A stretch of DNA of 64,000 nt from Phycisphaerales bacterium. Lineage in GTDB: Bacteria; Planctomycetota; Phycisphaerae; UBA1845. The DNA is taken from NCBI GenBank assembly GCA_013140575.1, contig JABFSN010000155.1, positions 2,531 through 66,530 on the forward strand. Reading direction: 5' to 3'. Of the stretch, positions 62,901 to 64,000 are shown in pieces. The translations under genes and the position numbers were made by a program. Below the pieces are notes generated by a model. It did not search any database. It saw only the letters and a program-made list of their open reading frames with translations, and had not been told where the DNA came from. The stretch's first letter is position 1. Every line of letters begins with the position of its first letter.

Positions 62901-63834
62901 CGCCGGAGATTTTCAGTTGAGAGGTGGCGCTGTTCAGTGTGAATCCGCCGGTGGCGGTGATGGTTTCGGCGCTGGTTCCGGTGGTGCCGGACAGGGTCAG
63001 CGTCAGGGCACCGATGGGGACGGCGTCGGTGAGGGTCAGGGCGGCGCCACTGTTGAGATTGATGGTCGCCGATCCGCCCAGGTTCAGGTCCGTGATGAGC
63101 GCGGTGCCGGTGACGTTCAGGCGCGCCGAGGAGCTGTTGAGGGTGAAGCCGGCGGTGGCGTTGATCTGCGACGTGGTCGCGGCGCCGATCAGGTTCAAGG
63201 TGTCGGCGCCGAGACTGGCGGCGGCGTTTAGCTTCAACGTCGTGGCGGCGGCCAAATCAATGGTGAAGTCGCCGGTGGGCGTCAACGTGGACAGGATGCA
63301 GTCGAAATCGCAATCGAGCGTGGCCACGCCGCCGTCAAAACCGATGTCCAGTGTGCCGATGCGGGCGGAGGCGCTGGTGAATCGGACGGTGTTGTTTCCG
63401 AGGGTCCAATGATTGGCATTGTCCGCGTCGTCGATGGCGGTATTGATCTCGACGATTTCGCCGGAGACGCTGGCGGGAACGAGGAAACCGGCCGTCCGGG
63501 CGCCGGCGCCGGCGCCGGTGGCGCGGAGTTCGCCCGCGCCCGATTGAATCACGACGTTGCCGGCGCTGTTGCCGAGCACGACCTTGCGATCGGCGGCGCC
63601 GAAACTGATGGTGGCCGTGAAGCCGCCGGCGTTGATGCCGGCGACGGTGAACGCCGTGGTGGCGTCAACGGTGACGGTGTGATTGCCGGTCCAGATGAGC
63701 ACGGTGTCGTTGGCCGTCACCAACGTCGAGATGTTGGCGTCGGCCGTCACCAGTTTGTCGACGGCGGCAGCGGGCGTCAATGTCAATGCGACGACGATTC
63801 CGATGGCGAACAGGATCGTATGGCGAGGGTTCAT
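59950..63834 (-). CDS. Giant secreted Thr/Ala/Gly/Asn-rich beta-solenoid-like protein with an Asp/Asn/Gly low-complexity stalk and a C-terminal TM-plus-basic anchor
   Basis: It has a signal peptide (MNPRHTILFAIGIVVALTLTPAAA). Hundreds of residues are imperfect repeats (for example GTVSTLTNTIAGTTLDINESSTITALAANANTTLDV), reminiscent of autotransporter-associated beta-strand repeats. It also has a DDDDDDNGNGNDNDDGDNGNDNDNDNGNQNGNQNGNGNDNGDDE tract. The C-terminus is DDSDDDDDDDPTPPRICGLIGFIPMMLMIGGWTAWKGQSRRRRIA. Confidence 0.85.
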   Translation of the reverse strand: MNPRHTILFAIGIVVALTLTPAAAVDKLVTADANISTLVTANDTVLIWTGNHTVTVDATTAFTVAGINAGGFTATISFGAADRKVVLGNSAGNVVIQSGAGELRATGAGAGARTAGFLVPASVSGEIVEINTAIDDADNANHWTLGNNTVRFTSASARIGTLDIGFDGGVATLDCDFDCILSTLTPTGDFTIDLAAATTLKLNAAASLGADTLNLIGAATTSQINATAGFTLNSSSARLNVTGTALITDLNLGGSATINLNSGAALTLTDAVPIGALTLTLSGTTGTSAETITATGGFTLNSATSQLKISGDTAHALVVSKVDIAGADLTTGKLDVDENATITALTVSQNATIDVASGKTLGGTATLNAAKTLTLNNTGTLSTLNTATAAGTVLVSAAGTVSTLTNTIAGTTLDINESSTITALAANANTTLDVAATESLTTTATVAAAMILTSIGAGTVSTVALNGTNAELNTTTTPGIIGTLNVTANGGILDVDVACTIPRCTMTSAAGDLTVQNGGQTITSVNGFDVNSNALVISEANGHITNVILDTSGGEVVVNASTTVATTTVSASSSINIVGAPTYQSVVNVAAGAVLTCSGGGAFTTINLNGALAELNMTGSLASVADVNVNANGAVIDVDQNCTLPDVTLLTGSGDLTLEVAAGRILTGAIGVKDNRLTLTESGNPGTIMLDAAGAVLQVDESVTPTAVTMTANAAIDVADGKTLTATVAILNRELTLLGDGAVSRVDATTGRLDGDGDVTVGDLRLTLPAGESFRLGGTGTTTVTTTANSTLGANAIVNKLESGTVTLTGGATALFAGATGVRLDIDAGELVIGSDSANHDITFNDDGDEIIVADDATLTTFGSITAGAAGSNVNIDAVSGSTVNLRSSGGAETFSAAADDDFKLLGQVNIDGDNGDYSLAGAFKYQFGDIAINDSGSFIDFIPFSTLRFRPGAVITLDGDAVLNIDGQSPDSPVIMSAVNATDAFRLDRGSSDSVTIANVTLSRSEYTSDDGGSALDELGLDGVTDAGNNINWFTPAPVDDDDDDNGNGNDNDDGDNGNDNDNDNGNQNGNQNGNGNDNGDDEPPATYTDSATIDSDGQADASVASDVTGAGAMLGIDNATSGSIVLMLADGNLRDDFDGILDGDALPFTARVDENLFGEFTAVVQMCYTDELLADADLTHAPLAVYVFDETSGRWVLAGDADQNRGDAVPTDAVGDFGVDRDAGCVWVVRDSLSDFAVGRGPAVPPPDDSDDDDDDDPTPPRICGLIGFIPMMLMIGGWTAWKGQSRRRRIA

Positions 63835-64000
63835 TCCCCGGGGCTCCTTCCATGATTAGGATTCAATTCTTCAGTCGGCCGCTACCGCCACCGTGCGTCC
63901 GGGTACGTGTCTAGCGATTCGGCGGATTGCCTGCCACGGGCAGGCGTGAATGTAGCCCCGAGTTTCAACACGGGCTATGCCGGCACCCCGACGGCGCCAA

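Overview
This is a GC-rich bacterial chromosomal segment. The gene content and the dense hairpin-type intergenic repeats fit a Planctomycetota/PVC-group genome best, but that is inference only. Supporting genes include a MoxR/Bat aerotolerance-type operon, a TIGR03790-like protein, a HEAT-repeat lipoprotein, Cys-capped dockerin-like tails, giant beta-helix exoproteins, a multihaem cytochrome and LPS-core genes.

I call 52 protein-coding genes (one truncated at the left edge), one tRNA-Gln(CUG), and several families of interspersed or tandem non-coding repeats. I see no rRNA, CRISPR array, transposase, integrase or prophage. The housekeeping blocks are apbC, phhB, pdxJ, dapA, an ABC-2 exporter, lnt-HEAT-mreD-mrdA-rodA, moeA, NfeD-NfeD-floA, LPS-core glycosyltransferases and kinase, and tdh.

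The most interesting observations are:
1. At 53.4-63.8 kb, a surface locus holds two giant beta-helix proteins, a cohesin-HYR-dockerin adaptor protein and a stand-alone Flp pilin. Paralogous dockerin-like tails sit at 1-123 and about 26.8 kb. This is a candidate non-cellulosomal cohesin/dockerin surface-assembly system.
2. A MoxR-DUF58-DUF4381-BatABCDE operon is interrupted by an MNT/HepT toxin-antitoxin pair, a PPIase gene and a MITE-like repeat.
3. A hairpin repeat family shows compensatory stem substitutions. It occurs both solo and inside about 170-bp TIR-bounded elements, two of which form inverted composites flanking about 20 kb.
4. A translationally coupled lnt-HEAT-mreD-mrdA-rodA operon has a HEAT-repeat lipoprotein in the position normally held by mreC.
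5. A small accessory patch at 46-50.6 kb carries vapBC, a NYN-domain gene and an orphan HicB-like gene.

All functional calls come from reading motifs in the supplied translations. No database search was run.
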